Source: Octopus vulgaris (taxonomy: Eukaryota). Taken from it: 64,000 nt of DNA. The number at the start of each line of letters is the position of its first letter. The first letter of the stretch is position 1. The DNA lies in assembly GCA_951406725.2 (NCBI GenBank), contig OX597814.1, forward strand, positions 193,254,001-193,318,000. Reading direction: 5' to 3'. The notes beneath the pieces are model-generated. The model searched no databases, was not told the DNA's origin, and saw nothing but the letters and a program-made list of their open reading frames with translations. This document shows positions 26,439 through 39,902 of the stretch, piece by piece. Made by a program: the position numbers and the translations under genes.

Positions 26439-26819
26439 GCCGTCGCCGTCCCAGATGGGAGGCAGCGGAGCAAGGTTCCACAGCGACTCTCTCTCAATTG
26501 AACACAACATAAGGGTTACTAACGTTTTCCTCATCAGATTAAGATGTGTTTTTCATTTAAATGTCAGATGCTTATTAGCTTCTTAGTTCTACTGTCAAAG
26601 AAAGATGCCAGATAAAAGAAAAGAATTCTTACATTGGCAAAGTTAAACGATCAAGTAGAAAGATAAAAGGGAGAAATATGGAGGAAAGGTTGGCGATGGA
26701 GTTGGTGGTGGACGGAGGCGGGTAGAGGTGGGCGGAGATATACACTGCTCTTCATTTAAGCACATCCGCTCAAACATATGCAAAAGCAAACACGCATGCG
26801 CACACCTATAGATACAACT

Positions 26820-26872
26820 ACATACACACACACACACACACACACATGTATATATGTATCATATGTATAAAA

Positions 26873-26914
<42 letters not shown>

Positions 26915-27057
26915 ATGTATATATATGTATATATAGACACACAAACGTATGCACAAGCACACACATACATATATGTATACATATGTATAAAAGTATGTAT
27001 GTATATGTATGTGTGTATATATATATAGGAGACCAAAGTGTACGTACGCCGGCAATA

Positions 27058-27088
<31 letters not shown>

Positions 27089-27178
27089 AACATGTAAACC
27101 CAGGCACGCGTGCGCACACATACAGATATAACTACATACACACACATACACATATGTATATATATGTATAAAAGTATT

Positions 27179-27230
<52 letters not shown>

Positions 27231-27249
27231 CACACACACATAAATATAT

Positions 27250-27280
<31 letters not shown>

Positions 27281-27430
27281 GAGAGAGAGAGAGTGAGGGA
27301 GAGGGATACATATACAGTGACGCGCACGCATGTGGCATATACACCCTACTTATCTCTATGTGTGTGTGCATATGCTTCTTTTATAAGCATATATTCGTGT
27401 GTGATTCTGTGCGTATGCGTGTGAGTGTGT

Positions 27431-27481
<51 letters not shown>

Positions 27482-27637
27482 CACACACATATATAGACGC
27501 ACATATACTTCTCTGTGTGTGTGTGTGTGTTGTTTGTGTCCTTCCTACGTGTTTTTATATCGGTTTTCCTATTGCAGATATTTTATGTTCATCATCACAT
27601 CTCACTCTCTCTCTTCTTCTTCTTCCTCTTCTTCTTT

Positions 27638-27684
<47 letters not shown>

Positions 27685-27890
27685 CTTCTTCTTCTTCTTC
27701 TTCTTCTTCTTCTTCTTCTTCTTCTCTCTCTTTCTCTGTTTCTTCTCATTACAAACATAAACAACTAAGTGTATAAAATTTACAAATTATGAATGTATGA
27801 TTGCACATACATTCCTAATATACATTTAGCAATCTTCACAGAGAGAATAAGAGAGAGAGAGAGAGGTGTAAGAGAGAAAAGGAAGAGACA

Positions 27891-27970
<80 letters not shown>
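26820..27970. repeat. Compound (CA)n/(TA)n/(GTT)n/(CTT)n/(TG)n microsatellites
   Basis: Direct reading. Confidence 0.92.
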
Positions 27971-28226
27971 TCTCCAGGAATCGTTCGTAGACCCGATGGT
28001 GCAAAACAGGAAGAACATACTTTATAAAACATAGCATACGTAAGCGCACATTTTAATTATTCCATTGACATTCATAATTTCAATGCGAAACTTAGGTAGT
28101 TGCTTAACCTGCTAGAAATAGCTGTCAAATGTTCCTCAAATGACACATAAAACATGAAAGTTTACATTGCATAATACAGTTGAGAATACCCCTAAAGAGA
28201 AGGTATCGTTGACTAGGGTTGATTTA

Positions 28227-28586
28227 CAGGGGTTGGACAAAATAATGGAAAAAACTTAAAATTTCAAACAAATTTATTTTAATATGGGGTAGAACCGTGT
28301 TTGGCACTAATTACAGCTTGAATTCTACGAGATATGGACTCGTACAGAGTTTGAATTGTTTCCAAAGGAATTTTTGTCCATTCTTCAAATAAAACAGTCT
28401 ACAGTTCTTGTAGTGATGATGGTAGACAATATCGACTCCTTACTTGGTTTTCTAAAATGCACCATAAATTTTTAATAATATTGAGATCTGGGGATGGTGG
28501 TTGCCAGATAAGAGGTTCAACTTCACTAGAATGTTCCTCGTGTCATTCAGTAACCACTTTAGGTGTGTGAATTGGTGCATTATCAT
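28227..28586 (-). mobile_element. Tc1-like transposon 3' end with transposase C-terminal relic
   Basis: Minus frame DNAPIHTPKVVTE*HEEH..WQPPSPDLNIIKNLW..EEWTKIP..LYESISRRIQAVISAKHGSTPY* (DD34E C-terminus); TIR TA|caggggttggacaaaataatggaa at 28227. Confidence 0.88.
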
Positions 28587-28926
28587 TGTGTGTGTGTATT
28601 CATACACACACACACACATATATATATATATAAAGATATATGTTTATCTGTGTATATATGTATATGTATGTGTGTGTATCAGCCTTTGGGTTTGTTTACG
28701 AATATATATAGGTTATGAGAGGTAATGGTGTCATTAAGCCCCAAAGGTGTCAGGTAATGCTGAATAAGTGCTATAGATAGACCGTAGTTAAGTTCCAGAT
28801 TCGGTGATTATGCGAATAATGGGTTCAACGTTGGCCATATGTCAGCGTGTGTATATAAAATTTTCTTTTTCGTAATGAGATAAAACAAACCAAGGCTGTG
28901 TAGATTTTAGAACATTTATAGATAGA

Positions 28927-29042
<116 letters not shown>

Positions 29043-29043
29043 T

Positions 29044-29080
<37 letters not shown>

Positions 29081-29084
29081 GTAT

Positions 29085-29150
<66 letters not shown>

Positions 29151-29183
29151 TTATATATATATATACATACATACATACATACA

Positions 29184-29215
<32 letters not shown>

Positions 29216-29289
29216 ACTTAGATTAGTTTCCGGCATTATTGGTCCAAGCCATGACTAACTCAATAGCACCACCTGGAAAAGTATTTTAG

Positions 29290-29560
29290 TTAATTATTTC
29301 GGGACACTATGGACCACTCGAGTTGTTGTTGGTTGAGACGTATCCAGGTTTATCCGGTATTTCCTGGAGGGATTTGTCCAGGTACCGTTTGAAAGTTGTG
29401 GGATTTTTTTTCTACTTTAATTTCTTTTGGGACAACATTGAAAAGTGCAGGACCATTTGCAGTGAAGAAATTGTGTCGCAATGTTCTTATGTGATGTGAT
29501 CTCAACCTTTGCAGGGGACGCATTGCGCGGGGGCCTAGCCTTGGATGAATTGTAAACATA
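29290..29560 (-). pseudogene. CR1/L2-group LINE ORF2 C-terminal relic
   Basis: HPRLGPRA..RTLRHNFFTANGPALFNVVPKEIK then frameshifted FKRYLDKSLQEIPDKPGY, like CR1-type R..FF...G..LFN.LP..FK..LD.FL..IPD.P. Confidence 0.7.
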
Positions 29561-29894
29561 ATGCAGTCGCAGTCAATTTGTTTTTTTTCTACTTTACATT
29601 CTTTTTCTACTTTACATTCTTCGATAAGGAAAAAGTGTAGATCAAGTTACGGTGACGTAAACACACCAACATCGTTTGTCAAGCGATGGTGGGAGGGGAC
29701 CAAACACAGACACACAAACATGTATATATATATCTATATATCTATATATATATATATTATTCTTTGTAAGCCTAGTACTTATTGTATCGTGTAGATCAAG
29801 TCCAATACTGGACTTGATCTACACGTATCTATCCATCTCCGAAAAATGTGTTGTCTTGAGTCATTACCTGGTGCTCGATAATGGTTTCAAATTA

Positions 29895-30220
29895 TCAATC
29901 CGGAAAGGATGAAAGGCAAAGTCGACCTCAGCGGAATTTGAACGTAAAGACAGTGAAAACGCCGATAAGCATTTTACCCGGCGTACTAATGATCTACCAG
30001 TTCGCTGCTTTACTCGAAATTAATATTGGTTTCACATTTTAGAACAAGGCCAGCAATTTCAGTGAGGGGACGGGATTAAGTAGATTGTATCAAGTAGCAC
30101 TTATTTTATCGACCCCGTAAAGTCGATCTCGGCAGATTTTGCACTCAGAACGTAAAGACGGACGAATTGCCGTTAATCATTTTGCCCGGCGTGCTAACCA
30201 TTCTGCTAGCTCACTGCCTT
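29895..30220 (-). mobile_element. Two SINE family A copies
   Basis: ggatgaaaggcaaagtcgacctcagcggaatttgaac. Confidence 0.8.
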
Positions 30221-31398
30221 ATCCGAAATTAATATTACCGACATATAAAATTATTTAAATAATCCAAAGAATGTTTCAATCTTTTATTTATTTATTTATT
30301 CATTTATTTATAGAATAGTCACTAAATAAAGAAACAAATGAAACCAAACGAAAAGTAAAAAATAAAAAGTGCACGTTTATAGAATTGTTTCTCATTGTTG
30401 GTTATAAATGAATTTAGTAAACATAAAATGTAAGACTGATACGATTTCTTTGGTCTGCTTTAAGTTTTACTATTCAACCAACAGACATGGCTTTAATGTC
30501 ATTGCAACGTTTTGAAGTTTGACATTTTCCCTACTACTCTTTCCAATTAGCTACAATACCGCAACAAATTGTATTCGTTTTCTCTATTCTTTTGAATTCT
30601 GTTTATCCACAGATGGGACATTTTTAGGCAGTGCTTCGGCAGTGCATCGACTTTACTGGATTACGATACTCTGAAAAGAAAGCAGACTACAAGAAAGAGA
30701 ATATGAAAAATAAAAACAAAATGTCTGCTGAAATCTAAAATGAGCGGAAGTAGTAATGGTAGCCATGTTTAACTATAGGTAGCCATAGCAAGCTATTTGT
30801 AGCTATATAGTTCAGCGAGTTCAAATGAACTCTAGAATATATAACATTTCCTTTTCTGGCTTACAATAAGTTCGATGACGTGAATTTGACATGCTGGCTT
30901 TTTCATTTATTTTTTTAGTATGATCGTTGAAAACATTTATTATCGCAGCCACACGCCAATACCAACACTACTCCTACTTCCACCACAGCTGCTACCACCA
31001 CCTCAAATATCACTTTCGTTGCCACCAGCAACATAACTATCATTAGTATCAGCACACATTACTACGATGATCAAAATGACAACCATCACGGTTACCAGAG
31101 CAACTGTTATGAAACCATCGTCACAAACATTAGTACTATTACCGCAACCATAAAGGCGACCACCACCACCACAATCAACATCATCATCATCATGATCATC
31201 TTCACTCTTCCCACCAGCATTCAAATTTGTTTGCAGAATAATAGGTATCCACGTAATAAATCAGTTTTAGGAATTGGTCTTGGTTTAAAGAATATATTTT
31301 CAAGAAAACAGAAGGATCAAAAGAAACTGTCAACAAATAGTTTACAGATGGAATCAATAAGTTTGTCAGGAGAAAGGGAGAGATACAAAACCCCCATC

Positions 31399-31436
31399 TT
31401 TCTCTGACGAATGATTACCAGTCGAAACGTTGGGAA
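31399..31436 (+). ncRNA. Minimal type I hammerhead ribozyme motif
   Basis: tttct CTGACGA at-gatt-acc-agtc GAAA CGTT gggaa; core intact, short stem II, palindromic AACGTT stem III, wobble-rich stem I. Confidence 0.5.
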
Positions 31437-31453
31437 TTTTGTCTAGATTCCTG

Positions 31454-31657
31454 GGCGATCTTTCGGTACAAGTACCATAACTGCCAATTATAAACCCACG
31501 TGGGTTTATTTACATTTCTGAAGAAAAAAGAAACCTTTTTCCCCCACCCCTAACCCTAACCCCACATATATGAAAAAAAATTTACAGAAAGTGACGATCT
31601 TCTTCAGGTGTAAACAAACAGACTTGGCAGTTATGGTACTTGTACCGAAAGATCGCC
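31454..31657. mobile_element. 204-bp MITE, Merlin-like
   Basis: 34-bp TIR ggcgatctttcggtacaagtaccataactgccaa / ttggcagttatggtacttgtaccgaaagatcgcc; 8-bp TSD gattcctg (31446-31453, 31658-31665); internal ccctaaccctaaccc. Confidence 0.92.
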
Positions 31658-32351
31658 GATTCCTGCAAACCAATTTATTCTACATTTCAATCATTTGCTG
31701 TCAAGACTGAAGTTTGATCATATCTAAATGATCCGATCTAAAAACCAATCTTACCACATAATTAGCAGGGTTCACTCAAACTTCAACAAGCTTAAAGATC
31801 TTTACTCCAACTCAGTAAGACCCTGTGTTTTCAGGAGTATAAAACTGTTGTGGCTATTTTTATTTTTGTTACTGTTTAACCCCAATCCAGCTCTGACAGA
31901 ACAGATCTCTGGATTTCCCCTTCAAAAATTTCTATAAATTCTTTCCTTCTACTACGAAACCTGAAATTTTGTGGAAGGGGACAAGTCTATTAGATATCGG
32001 GCCCCATTACTCAATTGGTACTTATTTCATTGACCCCGAAAGGAAGAAAAACAAAGTCAGTCTCGGTGGAATTTGCACTCAGAACGTCAAACCGGATGAA
32101 ATGCTGCTAGTCGTTTTCTCCTGCGTGCTAACGATTCTGTCAGCTCACCACCTTTCAGAAATTAATCCATAGTAAAATCTCCTTAGTGCTTAAAAACTTT
32201 CTCTGAATGCATGCAAGTCTCCTCTCTCCGAGCCACCGATGTTTATCCACGAGAAAGGCCGCCAAAATGGGCCGATACACATTGTCACCAGGGTTGTCGC
32301 AGGCATTGCCGTCAGATACCGTAAGGCATTTTCCAGACCTCTCTGATAGTT

Positions 32352-32578
32352 CTTATTTCTTTATTGACCACAAGGGGCTAAACATAGAGGGGACAAACAA
32401 GGACAGACAAAGGTATTAAGTCGATTACATCGACCCCAGTGCGTAATTGGTACTTAATTTATCGACTCCGAAAGGATGAAAGGCAAAGTCGACCTCGGCG
32501 GAATTTGAACTCAGAATGTAGTGGCAGACGAAATACCGCTAAGTATTTCGCCCGGCGTGCCAACATTTCTGCCAGTTC
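32352..32578 (-). mobile_element. SINE family A, near full length
   Basis: Reverse complement of the family A consensus. Confidence 0.88.
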
Positions 32579-33975
32579 TATCAATCCATCACCCTTGGGT
32601 TGGTACTATTTTCATCGACCCCAAAAGGCTGAAACGCAAGGTATTCTACCCAATTAGCTTGAGACTTTGCCAGTTCTTTGCCTTCTTTTTCACTTAATAT
32701 ATTATTAAAATTAGAGTGGTGAGGTTTGTCTGCAAAATATAAGTATGAATTTCGTGATTTATGAAAAATCGTACACGAATTCAGCGACAAAAATAAGTTG
32801 GGGAATCACTACTGATTTTTTTTCTTTTTTGTTCATCTTGCGCTCTAGGACCCAAAGAGCCGGTTACCCGGTTTCCGTAGCGTAGCGTATATGCTGGACC
32901 GTATTAAGACTCATAGAGGCTCTATGCACATGAAAAACTTTGGTGCACCCATATGTATGCAATTCAAAATATAAATAATAATAAACCATAAAATGATTTT
33001 TTTATTTTTCAAAATGAAATTAAGCTAACAGTAGGATGGAAAATAATGGGGTTTCCTTTTATATACATCCACTTTATTTATATTCGAAAAGTTTTCTCCT
33101 ACTTTTTCAATTGCAAAGTCTTTGCTCACAACCTCACTATGATGCCATCAGCACTTCGAAATTACATTTCCGATCGTATAAACCACTTCGAAGAGTATTT
33201 TAGCAAGCTTTAAATGATATTTTTTTGTTGTGCCGTAAACCTTTTACCATTTCTATGGTACCTCCCTTCCCTTCATGCCCAACGTAGGTGCTTATTTTGT
33301 TTAATGGTTAATCCAGCGCTGCTTGAACGGGATGCCGACCTGTTGCAGGGTGCAAAGTTAGAGATTTTTGAGGATAGGAGACAAGTCGATTACATTGACT
33401 CCAGTACTTGACTCGTACTTTATCTCATCGATCCCGAAGGAATGAAAAACAAAGTCGACCTCGGTGGGATTTTAATTCAGAACGTAAAAAAAACTGCAGA
33501 CGTGTTAACGATTCTGCCTGCCCGTTGCTTTCCTTCCTGATTAACGTCATTCCAATTCGACCTGTTTATTTATGATGTCGTAGATCAAATAGTTTCGGAT
33601 CAGCAATTTCTTTGTATGAAATATCATAGCTGAATTTTGCTGTTTAGCAGAGAGGAAGCATATATTAGAATGTCGAGTTATTCTCATAAACAAATGGCGA
33701 ACTATCAACGATGCAATGGCATCACAATTCTATTGTATTCAGCTCAATAACTTCTGCTTGATTCACATGGTTCGTTCTGTCAGAAATAACCGAAAAATTT
33801 AACGATCTTTCGACGTTTTTATTTTTTATTTTTATTCTTCATAATAATAATAATTTCTAAAAAGAAACAAATGATTTACTGGGGAAAGTTCTAGATTAAC
33901 TTAGTAGACATTTAATTTGATAAGATTAACTTTGACATATAGATTCGAAGAAAAAACATAATCGATACAATTCAG

Positions 33976-34022
<47 letters not shown>

Positions 34023-34034
34023 ATATATATAATG

Positions 34035-34096
<62 letters not shown>

Positions 34097-34617
34097 CATT
34101 CGATTTTATATCATGGAAGTTCAGAGAATATACTTGATTTTTCTCGATATCGACGTCCATGGCAGACAATCTGGAAGAACCGAGCAACTTTAACGACCAA
34201 ACCTCATATAAGCATGCAGTGAATGACTTCACATGATTCTAGCAATGTTTAATAAAGCAGAATTGTCCTTTCACCGAGACTAACCTCTTCACAACCTCTT
34301 CTTATTGACACTTTCATCAGAATAATCTTGTAGTCGCCGTTCTGAGCTGGGGGGTCCGCATGACCCTTTGGGGATCGATGAAAGATTTTGCTGTTAAAAT
34401 TTATGTGCAATGAATTGGTTATACTTTGACAATGCATGAAATATTTTGACAATTTTCCAATACAATTCCTAATGATGTTTAATTATAAAAACATAATAGA
34501 TTTTTTTTTAAACATCGCATGTCTGTGAGGGTCCACACGAGTGAAATAGAAATCAAAGGGGTCTATAGGTAAAAATAAAAAGTGGCTGAGAACCACAGCT
34601 GCAGATGATATATAATT

Positions 34618-34874
34618 AAAAAATAAATGCATCCTTTTAAAGCCTAGCCATGGGCCCGGTTTCCCGGTTTCTATGGCGTATGTGTTTCCCAGTTGGACGG
34701 GACGCCAGTCCATCACAGCTTTACTCATTTTTGCCAGCTGAATGGACTGGAGCAACGGGAAATGAAGTGTTTCGCTCAAAAACACAATGCAATGCGTCGC
34801 CCGGTCCAGGAATCGAAACCACAATCTTACGATCATGGTGCTGACACCCTAACCACTAAGCCACGCGCCTCCAC
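34618..34874 (-). mobile_element. SINE family B
   Basis: Reverse complement of 4891-5140. Confidence 0.9.
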
Positions 34875-35079
34875 GTAGACGATATATACTAGGAACTATG
34901 TACTGTAAACTTTGCCCTTTGAAGAATTCATAAATGCATAGTTAAGAAATTCGCTTCTCAGCCACATGATTCTGGGTTCGATTCTACAGCGCGGTAATTT
35001 ATGCGTCTTTCGAAGAAAATTTGGTCTTTGGACCAGCGTCTTTCGAAGAAAATTTGGTAAAGGTAAGCGTAAATCAATC

Positions 35080-35210
<131 letters not shown>

Positions 35211-35927
35211 AGCTCGTTTCCATTCCCAGTTATGTTTTAACTGTTGCATTGAAAACACACTACTAGTTTCTCTGTTACAAAAATGCAGTTTTCTTTTTCT
35301 TAATATAGAAATATATTGTGCTGCGTAATAAGAAGCAACACATGATTAAGTGGAAACATCTGAATAACTCACAAAACCTAGGAAGAAGTATAATTTTCTC
35401 AGCAAAGGTAATGAGAAACATGATTTTTTGTACATGGTGGGTCTGTTATAATCTTAGTCAGTTATACATCATACAAACTGGCTTTGTGCCCAAGAGCTCA
35501 TGCCAGACAAACATAAATCTAAGTCTTATTTGTGTTTGGTGAAAGGGACGATACCTGTTATCCTTTGCAGGCCCTCCTTGGTCGATAAGATAGATGCGGT
35601 TGATATTATTTTTCATAAAGCATGGCTCTCTGTTGGTTATGATGGCGAGGTTTCCTGTTGATCCTTTCTACTATAGACATAAGATTTGAAATTTTTTGTA
35701 GGGAGGAGTCCAGTTGATTAGATCGACCTCAGTACGCAACTGGTACTTAATTTATCGACCCCGAAAGGATGAAAGGCACGCTGCCAGAAATCGAACTCGC
35801 AACTTTATAATTGTAATCAAACACTATTACCACCAAGCCATGCGTCTTCACTAATATCCTTTCCTACTCTAGACACAAGCCCCGAAATTCTGGGGGAGGG
35901 GCCAGTCGATTAGATCGACCCCAGTAC

Positions 35928-36187
35928 GCGGTCGAGGGATCGCGGGTTCGAATCTCAGACCGGGCAATCTGTGTGTTTATGAGCGAAACACCTAAGCTCC
36001 ACGCGGCTCTGGCAGAAAGTAATGCGAACTCCTGCTGACTCTTTCGCCACAACTTTCTCTCACTCTTTTCTCCTGCATCTTGCTGCTCACCTGCGACGGA
36101 CCGGCGTCCCGTCCAGGTAGGGAACCTATACGCCAAGGAAACCGGGAAACCGGCCCTTATGAATCAGGCATGGCTCGAGAAGGAACA
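35928..36187 (+). mobile_element. SINE family D, 5'-truncated, fused to a family A tail
   Basis: gcggtcgagggatcgcgggttcgaatctcagaccggg...ggcatggctcgagaaggaac. Confidence 0.85.
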
Positions 36188-36738
36188 CAGACACACACAA
36201 ACACACATAGAATAAGAAATAGAAAGTTCTTAGTACAGTATTATGTATTTGAAAAAAATGAAGAGAAATGGTTTTTCTGATATTTTTCCACTTTAATAAT
36301 CAGATGTTTATAAGTTTAAACATCTAATTATTAAAGTGCAAAAAAATATCAGAAGAACCATTTCTATTCCTTTTTTTAAATATATATGTACGTGTGTATG
36401 TGGCCACCGCTTGACAACTAGTGCTGGTAGGTTTACGTCACCGTAACTTAGCGGCTCGGCAAAAGAGACCGGTAAAATAAGTACTAAGCTTACAAAAAAA
36501 AATGTTAACTTCTGGTGTCAATTTGTTCGGCTAAAATTCTTCAAATCGGTGCCCCATCATGGCCACAGTCAAATGACTGAAACAACTCAAAAAGATTTAA
36601 AATGTATAATTTATCGATGACTACTTATACATCATCCAATGCAGCCTTCATTTTTCAGACTGATAGCATATGACTGAAGAAGATTTGGCTGCAATTTCTT
36701 GCAAGTTGATCGGTTACATTATTATTATTATTATTATT

Positions 36739-37284
36739 GTGTGAGAGAGCAGTGCATGCCATCAAAGTGACACTGGGGTAAAATATACGAAGCCCAGTAT
36801 ATTCATCATGACTACCTGTCTGATAAAGGTACACTAGGTACATGCATCACAACCATATGTGCGCGACATGGTGATCTCACATCAAGATAAATAGCGCATG
36901 AACTTGCAGGTGGGGCCCCAGTTAGAATTTCTTCTGGTCGAGTAACCCATCCCGCTCAAAAGGTCCCTGAATAAGGGTTGTTTAAGGGTGTTGAACGAAA
37001 CACCCATGTTTCCAGAGGTGAATTATTCAAACCCCCAAAGAATCCCTCTCAACACATGGCTATGATGCTCCCCCACTACTTCTGCTCGTGATCAGAGATG
37101 CACGTATTGTCAGCCACCAAGGGACATGCTCAACTGGTTAAGGTCAAACAACTGACAAGCAAATCTGTAGTATTGAGCAGAATATTTGCTGTAGCCCATC
37201 TTTTATACCAAAACGAAACAAAATATATGATAACACTTCCAATCAGTTAAGATCAGAAACCACGAGAGCCACTGCCTGGTACTG

Positions 37285-37286
<2 letters not shown>
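36739..37286 (-). mobile_element. ~550-bp non-coding element embedded in (TAA)n, putative non-autonomous retroelement
   Basis: GC-richer block bounded on both sides by (TTA)n; its minus-strand start atgcagtacca recurs after another TAA tract at ~59541 (aatgccctgatgcagaacca). Confidence 0.55.
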
Positions 37287-37344
<58 letters not shown>

Positions 37345-37353
37345 CATTATTAT

Positions 37354-37510
37354 TCAGTAGTTTTATTTTTATAGCGTGCTTTCACTTCACTACCGAGCGC
37401 TGCTCTGTGTGCCTTGAGTATGTGTTGTGATTTGTTGTAGTGCTCTGATGGTTACTGTATTGAAAGTGTTTTGCGTAGGATGTGTGCAGTGCCCAGTAGT
37501 GCAATTTTCT
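37354..37510 (-). mobile_element. R4/Dong-like non-LTR retrotransposon extreme 3' end in (TAA)n
   Basis: Minus frame KIALLGTAHILRKTLSIQ* (typical R4/Dong C-terminus QK..LLGTA.ILRK.L), short 3' UTR, (TAA)n on both sides. Confidence 0.8.
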
Positions 37511-37513
37511 ATT

Positions 37514-37585
<72 letters not shown>

Positions 37586-37996
37586 GTTATTATTAATATT
37601 ATTATTATTATTATTATTATTATTATCATAGCAATGACGACGGCGGCGAAGAGACTGATGTTTTTGGCTTTGTCGAAGTTGTCAAAATTGTTTTGCTGTT
37701 CCAAAATTATTTTATTGGAATTATGAGAGACGACGTATCGAGTTTATGAGAAATATTGGATACGCGTTACTATTGACATCTATAAACTAAACTGATATAG
37801 TTTTAGTATACAAATATAATATGGGTGATATAGTTTAATATTGGCATCTAAAAACTAAAGTAATATGATTACTTTTAGAAGCTGCGAATCTCGAAGCAAA
37901 TAAAATTGTAAATAATAACGTTTAAATATTGGGTTAAAAACCCGTGGATAGAAAATATCGAGGGACTCGAACCCACATTTGTGAAGACGACAGGCG

Positions 37997-38409
37997 GGAT
38001 CTTTTCGGTTTGAACGGCAGGTTTTAAAATAATTTCCACATAACTAAACACTTTTAAACTTCGTATACTGCTAGAATGTGTTTATAAAACATCTTTTTCT
38101 CTTGGCTTTATTGAGAAAATTCTATAGTTTGTAAGATATTTGTTGTTTTTTTCTTCATTTTCTGCAATTTCAACCAATCAATGACGTCTATTGAGGTGAA
38201 AACATTCTCTGCCATATGAATATGTCCCTCGTTTAAGAAACAGATTGGGTTTATTTACATTTCTGAAGAAAAAAAATACCCTTCCCCCACCCCTAACCCT
38301 AACCCAAACACAGATTGAAATGCAATAGATCGATACTAGGGTCATAATTATGGGTGACAATTTCATATGACACCGCTAGAAAAAACTGCCGTTCAAACCG
38401 AAAAGATCC
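37997..38409. mobile_element. 413-bp MITE, Merlin-like
   Basis: TIR ggatcttttcggtttgaacggcag / ctgccgttcaaaccgaaaagatcc; 8-bp TSD gacaggcg (37989-37996, 38410-38417); internal ccctaaccctaaccc. Confidence 0.95.
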
Positions 38410-38825
38410 GACAGGCGTTCTACTACAGGACCAAAACAATCCTTCACATTCTTCTATTTATTTTACAAACTTTATTGTTATGGCGAGAATTACATGTTAT
38501 TGACATCACAAATATTTAGAAACTTCGAGAACGTAAAATAATTACTTTTAGGAAAGGTGAATCTCGAAGCAATTAGGGCTATATAAAAGAGTGTGCAAAT
38601 TTTCTGTCCAAAAGGCATTTTTAATCCGATATTTAGACGCTATTATTTATAGCTTTGTCTGCTTCGAGGTTCACTGTTCCAAAAACGAATTATTTCACGT
38701 ACTCTTAGTCTTTATATTCTTTGAAAGTAATATAGTTTTGATATAGAAATATAACTGGCAGATTTGTTTTAGTTTCGATATCTATAAACTGAAGTAATAT
38801 AGTTTTAGTGTGGAAATAATGGAAT

Positions 38826-39420
38826 CTAAAAATAATATAGTTTGAATATAAAAAAAATTAGTGATTTTCAAATCTCTTGTTATTATCGATGTAGTTTAAC
38901 CATATTTTAGTTTGGACAGCTACAAACTAAAAATAATATAGTTTGATTATAAGAATATAGTGGTGATATTCAAATCTCTTATTATTATCGACGTAGTTTA
39001 ACCACATTTTAGTTTAGACAGCTACAAACTAAAAATAATGTTGTTTGTTCCTTCTCGAGCCACGCCTGGCTCATAGGGCCGATTTCCTCCTTTCTTTAGC
39101 GTATAGGTTCCCCACCTGGACGGGACGCTGGTCCGTTGCAGGTGAGCTGCTAGATGCAGGAGGAAAGAGTGAGAGAAAGTTGTGGCAAAAGAGTCAGCAG
39201 AAGTTCGCATTACCTTCTGCCGGAGCCGCGAGGAGTTTAGGTTTTTCGCTCATAAACACACACATCACCCGATTTGAGATTCGAACTCGCGATCCCTCGA
39301 CCGCGAGTCCGCTGCTCTAATCACAAGGCCATGTGCCTCTACAAAAATAGTATAGTTTGAATATAAAAATATAGTGGAGATATTCAAATCTCTTGCTATT
39401 ATTATTGACGTAGTTTAACC
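38826..39420. repeat. ~100-bp AT-rich tandem repeat, about three units, third unit split by a SINE
   Basis: Unit ctaaaaataatatagtttga.tataa.aatatagtgg.gatattcaaatctctt..tattatcgacgtagtttaaccatattttagttt. Confidence 0.75.
39043..39342 (-). mobile_element. SINE family D
   Basis: Homologous to 51213-51497 and the reverse complement of 35928-36187. Confidence 0.88.
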
Positions 39421-39902
39421 AGAAGTCATCCCAGACCCTAACCAAGGCCATCCGGTCTTTTCAGTCAAAGTTATATCAGGTTATTATATATCTGTTTAGT
39501 CTTTCCATTTATTAAAAGAGTAATTAGAAGGTCTGCTAGTTCTTTCTAGTAGGGTGAACAACAACACAATGACTCACTCTTTGGGCTCAGTTTTAATCAC
39601 ACCCTCAGGTTAAGTTATTTTACTTCATCAGCGTAGCTAAATGTTTGAGAAGTTCATTTCACAAATGCAAGTTCTTGGGCCAGTTTCAAATTCTTGCAAC
39701 GGAACAAACTCCACTAAAGATACTCAAAGTGCCAAAGTGATATTAAATCGAGTGGCGGATGATGTCTACAAGCCAAGTGGGCCCTAGCGGGATTTGAACT
39801 CAAAATGCAAAGAGCCGAAACAAATATAACATAGCTTCCCGTTTCACACTCAAACAATTCCATCAGTGTGTATGTATGTGTGTGGGGGGGGGGGGATTGA
39901 AA

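Noticed and set aside
25593-26534. 313-aa mucin-like Thr-rich ORF
   Set aside because: Produced by (TAG)n and (CAT)n repeats; overlapping frames are equally open and there is no domain or splice support
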